Source of the DNA: Desulfobulbaceae bacterium DB1
GTDB lineage: Bacteria > Desulfobacterota > Desulfobulbia > Desulfobulbales > SURF-16
Direction: 5' to 3'
Length of the DNA stretch: 64,000 nucleotides
NCBI GenBank assembly: GCA_001914235.1
Contig: MQUF01000003.1
Span: 448,225-512,224 of the forward strand
The notes below the pieces were generated by a model. It ran no database searches. It saw nothing but the letters and a program-made list of their open reading frames with translations, and was not told the origin of the DNA. Each line of letters starts with the position of its first letter. Position 1 is the first letter of the stretch. Below, piece by piece: positions 9,274-18,643 of this stretch. The position numbers were made by a program, and so were the translations under genes.

Positions 9274-9546
9274 ATTGACCGGGGGCGCCGCCCTGCGGAT
9301 TGGTTCAACCATTGCTGAGCACCATCCGCAATGCAACTCTTCCGACACGCCCGTTTCCTCCATGATTAAAACAAATCCGCCTGAAAAACAACATGCATTA
9401 ACGATCCGCCGGTGAAAAAATTCAAATCAGGGGCAAGAAAAAAAGCAAACCCGTGCGGATATTTCCTGAATTGTCCGAGCAAATAAGGTATTCTCCCACC
9501 AATATAAAAAAACCGGCCGGATCGTCACTTCTCATACCGTAAAAAC

Positions 9547-10578
9547 ATGAATTTCCCGAGATCATTGCTTCTTTTGCTGTCAGGCTGCCTGTTGTGGGCC
9601 TGCGCGCCGCATTTCACAATTCCGGGGAAAACAATGACGGAACCGCGACTGACAGACACCCTTTTCATCAGCTTCGACGGCACCGAACTGCCGCTCAAAA
9701 CCTGGCTGCCGTCCGCTTCTCCCAAGGCAATCATGGTCGCCCTGCACGGCTACAATGATTATTCCAATTTTATCAAGGATGCCGCCGCGTTTTTCAATGA
9801 CAGGGGTATCGGTGTTTATGCTTATGACCAGCGGGGATTCGGCAGCGCTCCCCACCCCGGCAAATGGCACGGCCACGAAGCCATGGTCCGGGATCTCCGA
9901 ACCATTCTCCAACTCGCCCAAAATCGCCATCCGGATATCCCGCTCTATCTGCTTGGCGACAGCATGGGCGGCGCGCTGATCATGGCGGCGGACAGACCGG
10001 AAAATCCCCTGCCCGGGGACGGTGTGATCCTGGTGGCCCCGGCGGTCTGGTCGCGTGACACCATGCCCTTTTATCAACGCTGGGCGCTGTGGCTGGGGGT
10101 CCGGATCATGCCCTGGCTGCGGTTGTCAGGAAAAGGGCTCGACATCACTCCTTCCGACAACAAGGAAATGCTCCTCGCCCTGGGCCGCGATCCGCTGGTC
10201 ATCAAGGAGTCACGCATCGATGCGATATACGGCCTGGCGAATCTGATGGACGCGGCTTACGCGGCAGCATCCCGGTTTGACAGGAAGGTTCTTTTTCTTT
10301 ATGGCGCCAGGGATGAGATCATCCCGCCAAAACCGATGACGGATGTTTTCTCCCAAAGGCTGCACGGGCGTTTTGCAAACCGTCAGCGCCTCCTAGTGTA
10401 CCCAAAGGGCTACCACATGCTGCTGCGGGATCTGCAGGCGGAGGTTGTCTGGAACGACATCCTCTGCTGGCTGGGTTCCCCTGGTGAGACGTTCCCTTCG
10501 GTCCGGGAAAAGTCGGCCGTCGAAATAACCAATGAAAACGATTTGCAGGATGTCCTGAACCGGAAAAAAGCAAACTGA
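9547..10578 (+). CDS. Alpha/beta hydrolase (lysophospholipase / monoacylglycerol lipase-like) lipoprotein
   Basis: Lipobox LLLLSGC, an HG oxyanion motif (VALHGYNDY) and a nucleophile elbow GDSMGG. Confidence 0.85.
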   Translation: MNFPRSLLLLLSGCLLWACAPHFTIPGKTMTEPRLTDTLFISFDGTELPLKTWLPSASPKAIMVALHGYNDYSNFIKDAAAFFNDRGIGVYAYDQRGFGSAPHPGKWHGHEAMVRDLRTILQLAQNRHPDIPLYLLGDSMGGALIMAADRPENPLPGDGVILVAPAVWSRDTMPFYQRWALWLGVRIMPWLRLSGKGLDITPSDNKEMLLALGRDPLVIKESRIDAIYGLANLMDAAYAAASRFDRKVLFLYGARDEIIPPKPMTDVFSQRLHGRFANRQRLLVYPKGYHMLLRDLQAEVVWNDILCWLGSPGETFPSVREKSAVEITNENDLQDVLNRKKAN

Positions 10579-10755
10579 CCGGATTGCCGGCAAGGATAGC
10601 TGGCTTTTCTTTTTCCTTGCCGCCGCATCGTGAATTTTTTTTGAACTTAATCAGGAAAAAAGAGTCACAAAAAAGGAGATATGCATTATTTTTTTTGTTA
10701 CATAAACAAATCACGTTCCTCGAATTTCTTTTTCTGCCTCCCTGTGCGATTCACA

Positions 10756-11193
10756 ATGAAGCAATTTGGCTTGAAAACACTGACGCTGATCATTTCGCTT
10801 ACTGCGTATCTCTGCAGCTTTCCCGGTCTGGGAAATGCGGGCATTGTTTGCATCGGCGAGGATGGGCACGTCGCCATTGAGTCAACCGCGACCCCTTCTC
10901 TGCCGGTTCACAGCGCAACAGAAACCAGCCATGGTCCCGGGATCGAGCAGGAGAACCACTGCGAGGAAGAGTGCCGCTCCTGCATTGATTTTCCCCTGTC
11001 TTTCACCACGGCAGTCCAGCACATCTGCCAAAACAAATTCGAATTTACCCTCGAAAAAAACCCTTTGTACCGCTCACAGTCAGACATGCCGCACATTGCT
11101 GCCGCATATTCCGACCATCCATCTCCCCCTGCAAAAAAACCGGTCATCGACCAAAGCATCACCTCCCTGCGGACAACTGTTCTGCTTATTTGA
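10756..11193 (+). CDS. Hypothetical secreted Cys/His-containing protein at the head of the czc cluster
   Basis: Signal-like N-terminus MKQFGLKTLTLIISLTAYLC. Contains GIVCIGEDGHVAIES and HCEEECRSC. The start is trimmed to ATG 10756. No family recognised. Confidence 0.5.
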   Translation: MKQFGLKTLTLIISLTAYLCSFPGLGNAGIVCIGEDGHVAIESTATPSLPVHSATETSHGPGIEQENHCEEECRSCIDFPLSFTTAVQHICQNKFEFTLEKNPLYRSQSDMPHIAAAYSDHPSPPAKKPVIDQSITSLRTTVLLI

Positions 11194-11409
11194 TTCCTCT
11201 CGTTTTTCTCAAAAAAATCAATTTTCGTTGCCCAAACACACTTCATCCAACCCGCTGAAGTGAAACAAAAGATCCCTGCGGCTCTCTTTCCCTGCAAAGA
11301 TCGCGTGATGCAAATGCAGGCGAGCTCGTCTTGCCGCACGCCCCAAGGCAACGAAATGGCCGGTTATTAACACACCCGAAATTTTGAAAACGACAAGAGA
11401 GGTTTCATC

Positions 11410-11835
11410 ATGGCAATTCCCTATATCTACAAAAGCATTTCATTGCTCGCCGCTCTCGGCATGGCACTCTCGACCGGCGGTTGCAGTCCTCTTGGCCGCA
11501 ATTTGGTGCAAGAAGATACCGCGAAACTGGAATTCCGCACGGCGAGCAACAGCATTGTTGTCGGCTCAGCGAACGTTTACGAGAAAAACGACAAACTTAT
11601 CGTGTCCGGATCAGTCAACCGCGCATCAGGCAGCCGCGGCAGAATACGAGGCCATGTCGACATCAACGTCATCGATCCGGACGGCAAACTTCTTACAAGG
11701 CAAACAACAGCCCTTCTGCTCCCCGCAAATTCCCATTCAAACGGCAGGTCGTCCCGCTTTCTCGCATACCTCGACAGCGTCCCGCCTCCCGGCTCCGTTA
11801 TCCAGGTTGCCGCACATAAGGGAAGTCATCAGTAG
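11410..11835 (+). CDS. Hypothetical lipoprotein
   Basis: Lipobox LSTGGC after a signal peptide. Length is 141 aa. Confidence 0.55.
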   Translation: MAIPYIYKSISLLAALGMALSTGGCSPLGRNLVQEDTAKLEFRTASNSIVVGSANVYEKNDKLIVSGSVNRASGSRGRIRGHVDINVIDPDGKLLTRQTTALLLPANSHSNGRSSRFLAYLDSVPPPGSVIQVAAHKGSHQ

Positions 11836-11909
11836 GCAGCCCAGCCCTTCACCACGGATGGGCGCAACTCGTTGTCTTGCACCAATCACATGAGAAAGGA
11901 GAGTCCATT

Positions 11910-13229
11910 GTGAAACCGGATACAATCCATATAGTCTTCATTTTAATTTTATCCTGCCTTTCGCCATTTACCGCGGCCATGGCCGATACCGCGGCAAAAG
12001 AGCAAAGAAAATTCATCGAGCCGACCGGCAAAATCACCCTGGCTGATGCCATTGCAGCGGCGTTGGCCAACAATCCGGACATTGCCGCGGCATCCCACGA
12101 AATCAGTGCGCGTCACAACGCGCAGCTCCAGGAAGGAGTGTTCGCCAACCCGACATTTTTCAGTGAGTTCGAGGAATTCGGCGGATCGGGAAACTTCTCG
12201 GACGCTGATGCCCTCGGGGCCAGCGCCGGCATCAGCCAGGAAATACCATTGGCCGGCAAACGGGCCAAACGTGTCCGCATCGCCGAATATGAAACAACTA
12301 TCGCCGGCTTGCAAATGCAGGCAAAAATGCTGGCACTGACACGTGATGTGAAGAAAAAATTTCAGCGCGTCCACTCCCTTGAACAGCAGCTCCTCCTGGA
12401 AAATGAAAACATCGCACTGCTTCAGGATATCCAGGATGTCATTATCAGGCAAATTGCCCTGGGGGATATCCCGCCGCTTGATGAAAGAAAAGCGACTGTT
12501 GAACTCGCCTTGGCGAAATCCGCCCTGGCCCGGGCCGCGAGAGAGCTTGCAGTGGCCCGTATCGAGCTGGCTTCCAGCTGGGGCAGCAGGGAGGTCCATT
12601 TCGATCAAGTTGAACCCGTTGGTCGTGCAATACAGCCTCTCCCAACTGAAGACGAACTCTGGCGGGCGGCGCAGGGACATCCTGAAATGGAAATCAACCG
12701 TATCCGGGTCGAACGGTTCAAGGCATCACTGGCCTTAGCCCAGGCAAAGGCCGTTCCCGACCTGGAAATCGAAGGGGGCGTCAAATATTTTAATGAGTCC
12801 TCCGACCACGCCTATTTCATAGGATTCAGCATACCCATTCCGGTTTTTGACCGCAACCAGGGCGGCATTCGTGAAGCCTCGGAACATATCCGGGCAGGCA
12901 AAAAAGAACTCGACGGCACTGCCAATCGCCTGAGAGCGGAACTGGCTGTCCTGCGTGAACGCCTGCAAATTATCACGGCGGAATTAGAAACAACGGCAAC
13001 GACGATTCTCCCCGCCGCCCAGGAAGCATATGAAGCTCTCGCAAAGGCTTATCAAGCCGGAGAAAAGGATTACCTCGAGCTTCTTGATTCGCAGCGAACC
13101 CTGATTGAGGTCAAACGGCAAAATCTGCTTTTGCAGACTGAACACCAAGAACTGTTGGCCGATCTCGAAGCGATCACGGGAAAAGCTGCCGAATCATTTC
13201 CCCGGAACCATCCGACCCTTTCAGAGTAA
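11910..13229 (+). CDS. czcC: TolC-family outer-membrane efflux protein (CzcC-like)
   Basis: GTG start after AAAGGAGAG and a signal peptide. Two-repeat OEP architecture. It sits first in a C-B-A efflux operon. Confidence 0.85.
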   Translation: MKPDTIHIVFILILSCLSPFTAAMADTAAKEQRKFIEPTGKITLADAIAAALANNPDIAAASHEISARHNAQLQEGVFANPTFFSEFEEFGGSGNFSDADALGASAGISQEIPLAGKRAKRVRIAEYETTIAGLQMQAKMLALTRDVKKKFQRVHSLEQQLLLENENIALLQDIQDVIIRQIALGDIPPLDERKATVELALAKSALARAARELAVARIELASSWGSREVHFDQVEPVGRAIQPLPTEDELWRAAQGHPEMEINRIRVERFKASLALAQAKAVPDLEIEGGVKYFNESSDHAYFIGFSIPIPVFDRNQGGIREASEHIRAGKKELDGTANRLRAELAVLRERLQIITAELETTATTILPAAQEAYEALAKAYQAGEKDYLELLDSQRTLIEVKRQNLLLQTEHQELLADLEAITGKAAESFPRNHPTLSE

Positions 13230-13239
13230 GGAATATCTC

Positions 13240-14574
13240 ATGCGAAACAAAATTATTGTTTTCTTAAGCATCGTATTTTTTGCCGGTGTGCTCGTATCAT
13301 TGCCGCTGGCTTCCCAGGAAGAACGACATGATCATCCCGCTGATCGTGAGGAAATTTCCGACAATCATGCAACCCCACACGGCACTGCCGCAGAACCCCA
13401 TGACGACCATGACGGCCGTGTTGACCAGGAAGAGGACACTCACGCGGAACCTGTCGATAAATCCGACGGGGAAGCCGAACACGAGGAAGAAGAGTTGCTG
13501 CTCACCGATGAGCAAAAAAAAGAAATAGGCATTGCAACCGCACCGGCATCCTCGGGGAAACTCCACTCGGAGCTTACCTTGACCGGAGAATTGATGCTGA
13601 ATGAGGATGCCGTCGCCCATATCGTTCCCCGGGTAAGCGGTGTGGCCGTGCAGGTCGATTTCACCTTTGGGGACACGGTGAAAAAAGGAGATGTCCTGGC
13701 TGTGCTTGAAAGCGCGGAACTGGGCAAATCCATATCCGAATACATGGTAAGCCGTAAAATATATGAAAGAAAACGGAAACTGTATGAAGAAAAAATCGCC
13801 GGCCAGAACGATTACCTTGAAGCCCTCAATCGCTTTGAACAGGTAACCGCGGATCTCTACATGAAGCTGGGCAAAGAAAAATATCTTCAGGCAGCAAGGA
13901 TGTTTGAATCGCGTTACCTTCCCGCAACCGATGAACAGGCACATCCCCAGCCTCTCGCCGACAGCCTTGCCTTTGTCGAAAGGACAACCCGATACGAAAT
14001 TACCGCGCCGATAAGCGGCACGATCATTGAAAAACATCTTACTCGCGGCGAAAAAGTGGGAGAAGACGTCTCCGTCTTCACCATTGCCGATCTAAGTACG
14101 GTCTGGGTCGATCTGCAGGTGCCGACCCGCGATATCTCAAGCATTCAGCAGGGAATGAGTGTCGCCATTGAATCGCAGGACGGGCTGAAAACAGAGGGAA
14201 AGGTCGCCGCAATCAGTCCTGTCGTCGATGCCGAAACCCGTACCGCAACAGCAAGGATTGCCGTGGAAAATCACCGGGGCGACTGGATGCCGGGCTCTTT
14301 TGTCACCGGATCCATCCGTGTTTCCGACGAAAACCTGCCGCTTGTCATACCGCGTAATGCCGTCCAGGGCTTTGAAGGAAAAGAGATCGTTTTTCTGGCC
14401 GATGATCATGGCTTTCGCCATGTTCCGGTTGTCAGCGGCCGCCATGACCGTGACAACGTGGAAATTCTGTCAGGACTCCAGGTCGGCCGGCGCATTGTGA
14501 CAAAGGGTGCCTTTGAGCTGAAAGCCATACTCCAGACCAACGACATGGATTCCCATGCCGGACACGGCCATTAA
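13240..14574 (+). CDS. czcB: RND efflux periplasmic adaptor (CzcB-like) with His/Asp/Glu-rich insert
   Basis: Membrane fusion protein core (ITAPISGTIIEKHL..VWVDLQV). His-rich N-terminal region (HDHPADRE..HATPHG..HDDHDGR..) and C-terminal HAGHGH. Confidence 0.9.
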   Translation: MRNKIIVFLSIVFFAGVLVSLPLASQEERHDHPADREEISDNHATPHGTAAEPHDDHDGRVDQEEDTHAEPVDKSDGEAEHEEEELLLTDEQKKEIGIATAPASSGKLHSELTLTGELMLNEDAVAHIVPRVSGVAVQVDFTFGDTVKKGDVLAVLESAELGKSISEYMVSRKIYERKRKLYEEKIAGQNDYLEALNRFEQVTADLYMKLGKEKYLQAARMFESRYLPATDEQAHPQPLADSLAFVERTTRYEITAPISGTIIEKHLTRGEKVGEDVSVFTIADLSTVWVDLQVPTRDISSIQQGMSVAIESQDGLKTEGKVAAISPVVDAETRTATARIAVENHRGDWMPGSFVTGSIRVSDENLPLVIPRNAVQGFEGKEIVFLADDHGFRHVPVVSGRHDRDNVEILSGLQVGRRIVTKGAFELKAILQTNDMDSHAGHGH

Positions 14575-14585
14575 GGGAGGACGGC

Positions 14586-17500
14586 ATGATCAATAAACTT
14601 GTCGAGTTTGCCCTCAAATTTCCCGGCCTGGTCGTCGTCGGACTCATCGCCGTTCTTTCCCTCGGCATCTATAAATACCAGCATATGCCGGTGGACGCCT
14701 TTCCGGACATCTCCCCTGTCATGGTGCCGGTATTTGCCGAAGGACACGGCATGGCGCCGGAGGAAATCGAACGCCTGATTACCTATCCCATTGAATCGGC
14801 CATGAACGGTCTGCCCAAAGTCACGCAGATAAAGTCGACCTCCGCCTTTGGCATGGCTGTTGTCTATGTCTATTTCGAGGACGATGTTGATATCTATTTT
14901 GCCCGTCAGCTTGTTTCGGAACGTCTGACCAGCGCCATGGCGGAATTACCGGAAATGGACGAACCTCCCGCCCTGGGCCCTATTTCCACAGGTCTTGGGC
15001 AAATATTCATATATTATCTCAAGGCGGATCACGACAAAGTCAGGACAGACGGCAAGGATGTCAACACCTGGCTGCGGGAGTTGAATGACTGGGTTGTGAA
15101 ATTTCAACTGCAGACGGTTCCCGGGGTTACAGAGGTCCTTTCGATGGGTGGCCATGTCCTGCAATACCAGGTGAAAGCAAACCCGAATTCCCTCCGGCGC
15201 TATGGGTTGTCCCTGCAAGACGTGGTGGCCGCCATCAAGGAAAACAACCGCAATGTCGGCGGCCAGTTTCTGGTGCTCGGCTCGGAGGAGCATCTGGTGC
15301 GCGGCGTTGGACTGATTGAGCAGCTTGAGGAATTGCAGAATATACCGGTCAAAGTCAGCAACGGCACACCGGTTTTACTCAAGGATGTGGCTGATGTCGA
15401 TTACGGCAACGAAATCCGTCGAGGCGCCGTGACACTTGACGGCCGCCAGGAAGTCGTTTCCGGCATCGTCATGAAACTCTATGGGGAAAACACCTCCGAT
15501 GTCATCAAAAGACTGCATGCCAAGGTGGCCGAGGTGACAAAGGCGCTGCCCGAGGGTGTGGAACTCGTTCCCTATTACGAGCAGTCCGAACTTGTTGAAA
15601 ACGCCACAGGCACCGTCAAGTCGGCCCTCCTGCAGGGAGGAATCCTGGTTTTGTTCGTCCTGCTGCTTTTCCTCGGGAACTGGCGGACAGCATTCATAGT
15701 TGCCCTGTCCCTTCCCGTATGCGCCCTTTTGGCGGTCATCTTCATGGATTTGCAGGATATTTCAGCCAACCTGATGTCGCTGGGCGGCATTGCAATTGCC
15801 ATCGGCATGCTTGGTGACGGCGCCATTGTCATGGTGGAAAACATTTATCGCCACATGGGTGAACGCAATGAGCTGAATGAACCCAAACTCACGATTATCC
15901 GGAAAGCGGCACGCGAAGTGAGCAGGCCCATCGTCTTTTCCATTGCAATTATTATCGTTGTTTTTCTGCCGATTTTTACCCTGGAAGGCGTTGAAGGAAA
16001 AATGTTTTCCCCGCTGGCGTTTACCGTGTCCTTTGCCCTGTTGGGATCGATATTCGCCGCTCTTCTTCTTGCGCCTGTTCTTTCCCTTTTCCTTCTGCAA
16101 CACCGTGAGAAGAAAGAGTTCCGCCTCATCGTCCTGCTGAAAAACGCATACAGACCCCTGCTTGCCATGGCACTCCGTTTCAAAAAAACAGTGGTGGCCT
16201 TTTCCGCCGGTTGCTTTCTCCTCAGCCTTGCCTCCCTGCAATACCTGGGAACGGAATTTATCCCGACCCTGGAAGAGGGATCCATCTTGATAGGTGTTGC
16301 CATGGCGCCGTCCATTTCCCTGGAAAAGGGCACTGAAACCGTCATGGAAATCGAGCGTAAAATCCTGAAGTATCCCGAGGTGCTGGAAACGGTATCACGC
16401 GTCGGACGCCCGGAAGCAGGCAGTCATCCACACCCCGTCAATTACGCGGAGGTCCATATCACCCTGAAACCACATGACGAATGGAAGCGGTTCAGCAGCA
16501 AGGAAGAGCTTATCGCGGCCCTGGATAAGGAACTGCGGAAAGTACCGGGCGTCCAATTGAACTTTACCCAGCCCATCCAGAACGCTTTTGACGAACTTCT
16601 GTCCGGAATCAAGGCACAGCTTGCCGTAAAGCTGTACGGCGAAGATCTGCACATCCTCCGATCAAAAGCGGATGAAATCAAAAAAGCCATAGACAATATC
16701 CCGGGGCTTGTCGATCTGTCCGTTGAGCAGAGCTTTGGACAGCCCCAGGTTCAGGTTGTCGCGGACCGCGCCGCCTGTGCCCGATACGGCGTCAGCGTCA
16801 GCCGGATTCTTGAGATGGTGGAGATGGCGGTTGGAGGAGAGGTCATCGACAATATTTATCTCAACACGCGACGCTTCGGCATCCATTTACGGTATCAGGA
16901 GAAGTTTCGCGACAACCCCCAGGAAATACGAAACATTTTGCTGTCAACGGCGGACAATAACCTTATCCCTCTCGGGCAGGTTGCGGAAGTGCTTCAGGTG
17001 ACAGGCCCCATTCAGATCAACCGGGAAAAAAATCAGCGCCGCTGGATTATTCAGGGAAATATTCGCGGTCGGGACATGGGAAGCGTTGTCGAGGACATCC
17101 AACAGAGGATTGCGGAAACGATAACTCTGCCGCCCGGATACACCATCGAATATGGCGGGCAATTTGAAAATCAGCAGCGGGCAATGTCCCGGCTGGCCCT
17201 CATTGTACCCATTGTCATCGGCAGCGTTTTTCTCATGCTGTGGATGACATTCGGCACATTCCGCCATGCCTTCATCATCATCTTCAATGTCCCCCTTTCC
17301 CTTATCGGCGGCATAATCGGGCTCTTTCTCATGAAAGAATATCTCTCTGTTCCCGCTTCTGTCGGATTCATCGCCCTTTTCGGCATCGCCGTGCAGAACG
17401 GCATGGTCCTGGTGAGCTATTTCAACGACTTGCGAGACCGAGGAAAAGCGATCCACGAGGCGGTGATGGATGGCGCATTGCTTCGTTTGCGGCCGGTGCT

Positions 17501-17696
17501 GATGACTGCGGCCACAACAGTTCTCGGCCTGCTGCCGCTGCTTGCCGCCCAAGGCATCGGTGCTGAAATCCAGCGTCCGCTGGCCTCTGTTGTTATCTTT
17601 GGGCTCACCACCTCCACCATGCTCACCCTTTTTGTCATACCTGCCGTGTACAGCTGGATAGAAGACTACAATGAAAAAAGGAGGGAAATCCGATGA
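14586..17696 (+). CDS. czcA: Heavy-metal efflux RND transporter, CzcA/CusA family
   Basis: 1036 aa with 12-TM RND topology and family-typical N-terminus MINKLVEFALKFPGLVVV..AFPDISPVMV. Confidence 0.95.
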   Translation: MINKLVEFALKFPGLVVVGLIAVLSLGIYKYQHMPVDAFPDISPVMVPVFAEGHGMAPEEIERLITYPIESAMNGLPKVTQIKSTSAFGMAVVYVYFEDDVDIYFARQLVSERLTSAMAELPEMDEPPALGPISTGLGQIFIYYLKADHDKVRTDGKDVNTWLRELNDWVVKFQLQTVPGVTEVLSMGGHVLQYQVKANPNSLRRYGLSLQDVVAAIKENNRNVGGQFLVLGSEEHLVRGVGLIEQLEELQNIPVKVSNGTPVLLKDVADVDYGNEIRRGAVTLDGRQEVVSGIVMKLYGENTSDVIKRLHAKVAEVTKALPEGVELVPYYEQSELVENATGTVKSALLQGGILVLFVLLLFLGNWRTAFIVALSLPVCALLAVIFMDLQDISANLMSLGGIAIAIGMLGDGAIVMVENIYRHMGERNELNEPKLTIIRKAAREVSRPIVFSIAIIIVVFLPIFTLEGVEGKMFSPLAFTVSFALLGSIFAALLLAPVLSLFLLQHREKKEFRLIVLLKNAYRPLLAMALRFKKTVVAFSAGCFLLSLASLQYLGTEFIPTLEEGSILIGVAMAPSISLEKGTETVMEIERKILKYPEVLETVSRVGRPEAGSHPHPVNYAEVHITLKPHDEWKRFSSKEELIAALDKELRKVPGVQLNFTQPIQNAFDELLSGIKAQLAVKLYGEDLHILRSKADEIKKAIDNIPGLVDLSVEQSFGQPQVQVVADRAACARYGVSVSRILEMVEMAVGGEVIDNIYLNTRRFGIHLRYQEKFRDNPQEIRNILLSTADNNLIPLGQVAEVLQVTGPIQINREKNQRRWIIQGNIRGRDMGSVVEDIQQRIAETITLPPGYTIEYGGQFENQQRAMSRLALIVPIVIGSVFLMLWMTFGTFRHAFIIIFNVPLSLIGGIIGLFLMKEYLSVPASVGFIALFGIAVQNGMVLVSYFNDLRDRGKAIHEAVMDGALLRLRPVLMTAATTVLGLLPLLAAQGIGAEIQRPLASVVIFGLTTSTMLTLFVIPAVYSWIEDYNEKRREIR

Positions 17697-18034
17697 AAAG
17701 AATTGTTGCCGTCATCAAGCCCATTATGCTGGATGACGTTATTTTTGCCCTGCATCAGATTAAGGATTTTCCCGGCGCCACCATGACGGAAGTCCGTGGA
17801 ATGGGACGGGGATTTCAACGGTATGTTCAGCAAAACAGTCCGGATTTTGCATTCGGGTATCCGGCGCAAGTGCGCATCGAAATTATTTGCCGGGAAAATC
17901 AAACAGAGGCGATTGTCAATACTCTTGAGCAAAGCGCCCGCACGGGAAAATCCGGAGACGGTAAAATTTTTATTTCCCCTGTGGATGAGGCTGTCCGTAT
18001 ACGAACAGGCGAACGTGGCGATGGGGTGATCTGA
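17693..18034 (+). CDS. P-II (GlnB-like) family protein coupled to czcA
   Basis: MKRIVAVIKPIMLDDVIFAL..GDGKIFISPVDEAVRIRTGERG matches the P-II fold signature. Its ATG overlaps the czcA stop (ATGA). Confidence 0.85.
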   Translation: MKRIVAVIKPIMLDDVIFALHQIKDFPGATMTEVRGMGRGFQRYVQQNSPDFAFGYPAQVRIEIICRENQTEAIVNTLEQSARTGKSGDGKIFISPVDEAVRIRTGERGDGVI

Positions 18035-18149
18035 CGTTATTTTGAGCCGTCGTTGAAAATCAGGGGGCGGAAGCCGGAATGAAGAATCATCAAATCAACC
18101 ATTCCGCCTCCAGCCTCCTGAATTCTCGCAAAAAGCCGCGGGAAAAAAA

Positions 18150-18566
18150 CTATTCGCTCGAAGCGCTGCGGCAGGCCTCATCAAGACGGGTTTCAACGTA
18201 GCGGACAAGTTCATCATCCCGCTGTTCAATATCAAAGCAGACGGCATCCTCACCGAGCAGACCACCGGGAACAAAAGCACCTTTTTCTTCCGGGTCGGTT
18301 ATCATTTCGCTGTAAAAACACACGGAAAGCCAGCGCGGGCTGTCTTCAATCACATCGACCATGACAAAAAGCCCTTTTTTTTTCTGCGCGGCATGGACAG
18401 CCCGGAGTGAATAGGTGAGGCCCGGCCTGGGGACGAATGCCAGGGAGACTCCCTCTTTTCGACCGAGGTATTCCCTGAAACGCCAAAAGACATCTCGGTT
18501 TCCTTCAGGCGTTTCCTGCCACTCCTTCATAAAAGCAATAAGCTCTGAATCCGTTTCTTTTCCCAC
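18150..18566 (-). CDS. Hypothetical protein
   Basis: 138-aa ORF with coding-like composition. No motif recognised. Confidence 0.45.
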   Translation of the reverse strand: MGKETDSELIAFMKEWQETPEGNRDVFWRFREYLGRKEGVSLAFVPRPGLTYSLRAVHAAQKKKGLFVMVDVIEDSPRWLSVCFYSEMITDPEEKGAFVPGGLLGEDAVCFDIEQRDDELVRYVETRLDEACRSASSE

Positions 18567-18643
18567 ATCAAACTCCTCAGTAATTCATTTTTATATTTTT
18601 AATTTCTTTTGTGACGCAACACAAAAAAACAAATGTACCCAGC

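Noticed and set aside
8728-9363. 211-aa version of the toxin ORF.
   Set aside because: The upstream two-thirds run straight through the tRNA-Ser gene and its terminator. The conserved DUF4258-like part starts at ATG 9033.
18035-18149. Hairpin CGGAATG-N18-CATTCCG after the P-II gene as a terminator.
   Set aside because: The loop is large and no T-run follows, so the support is insufficient.
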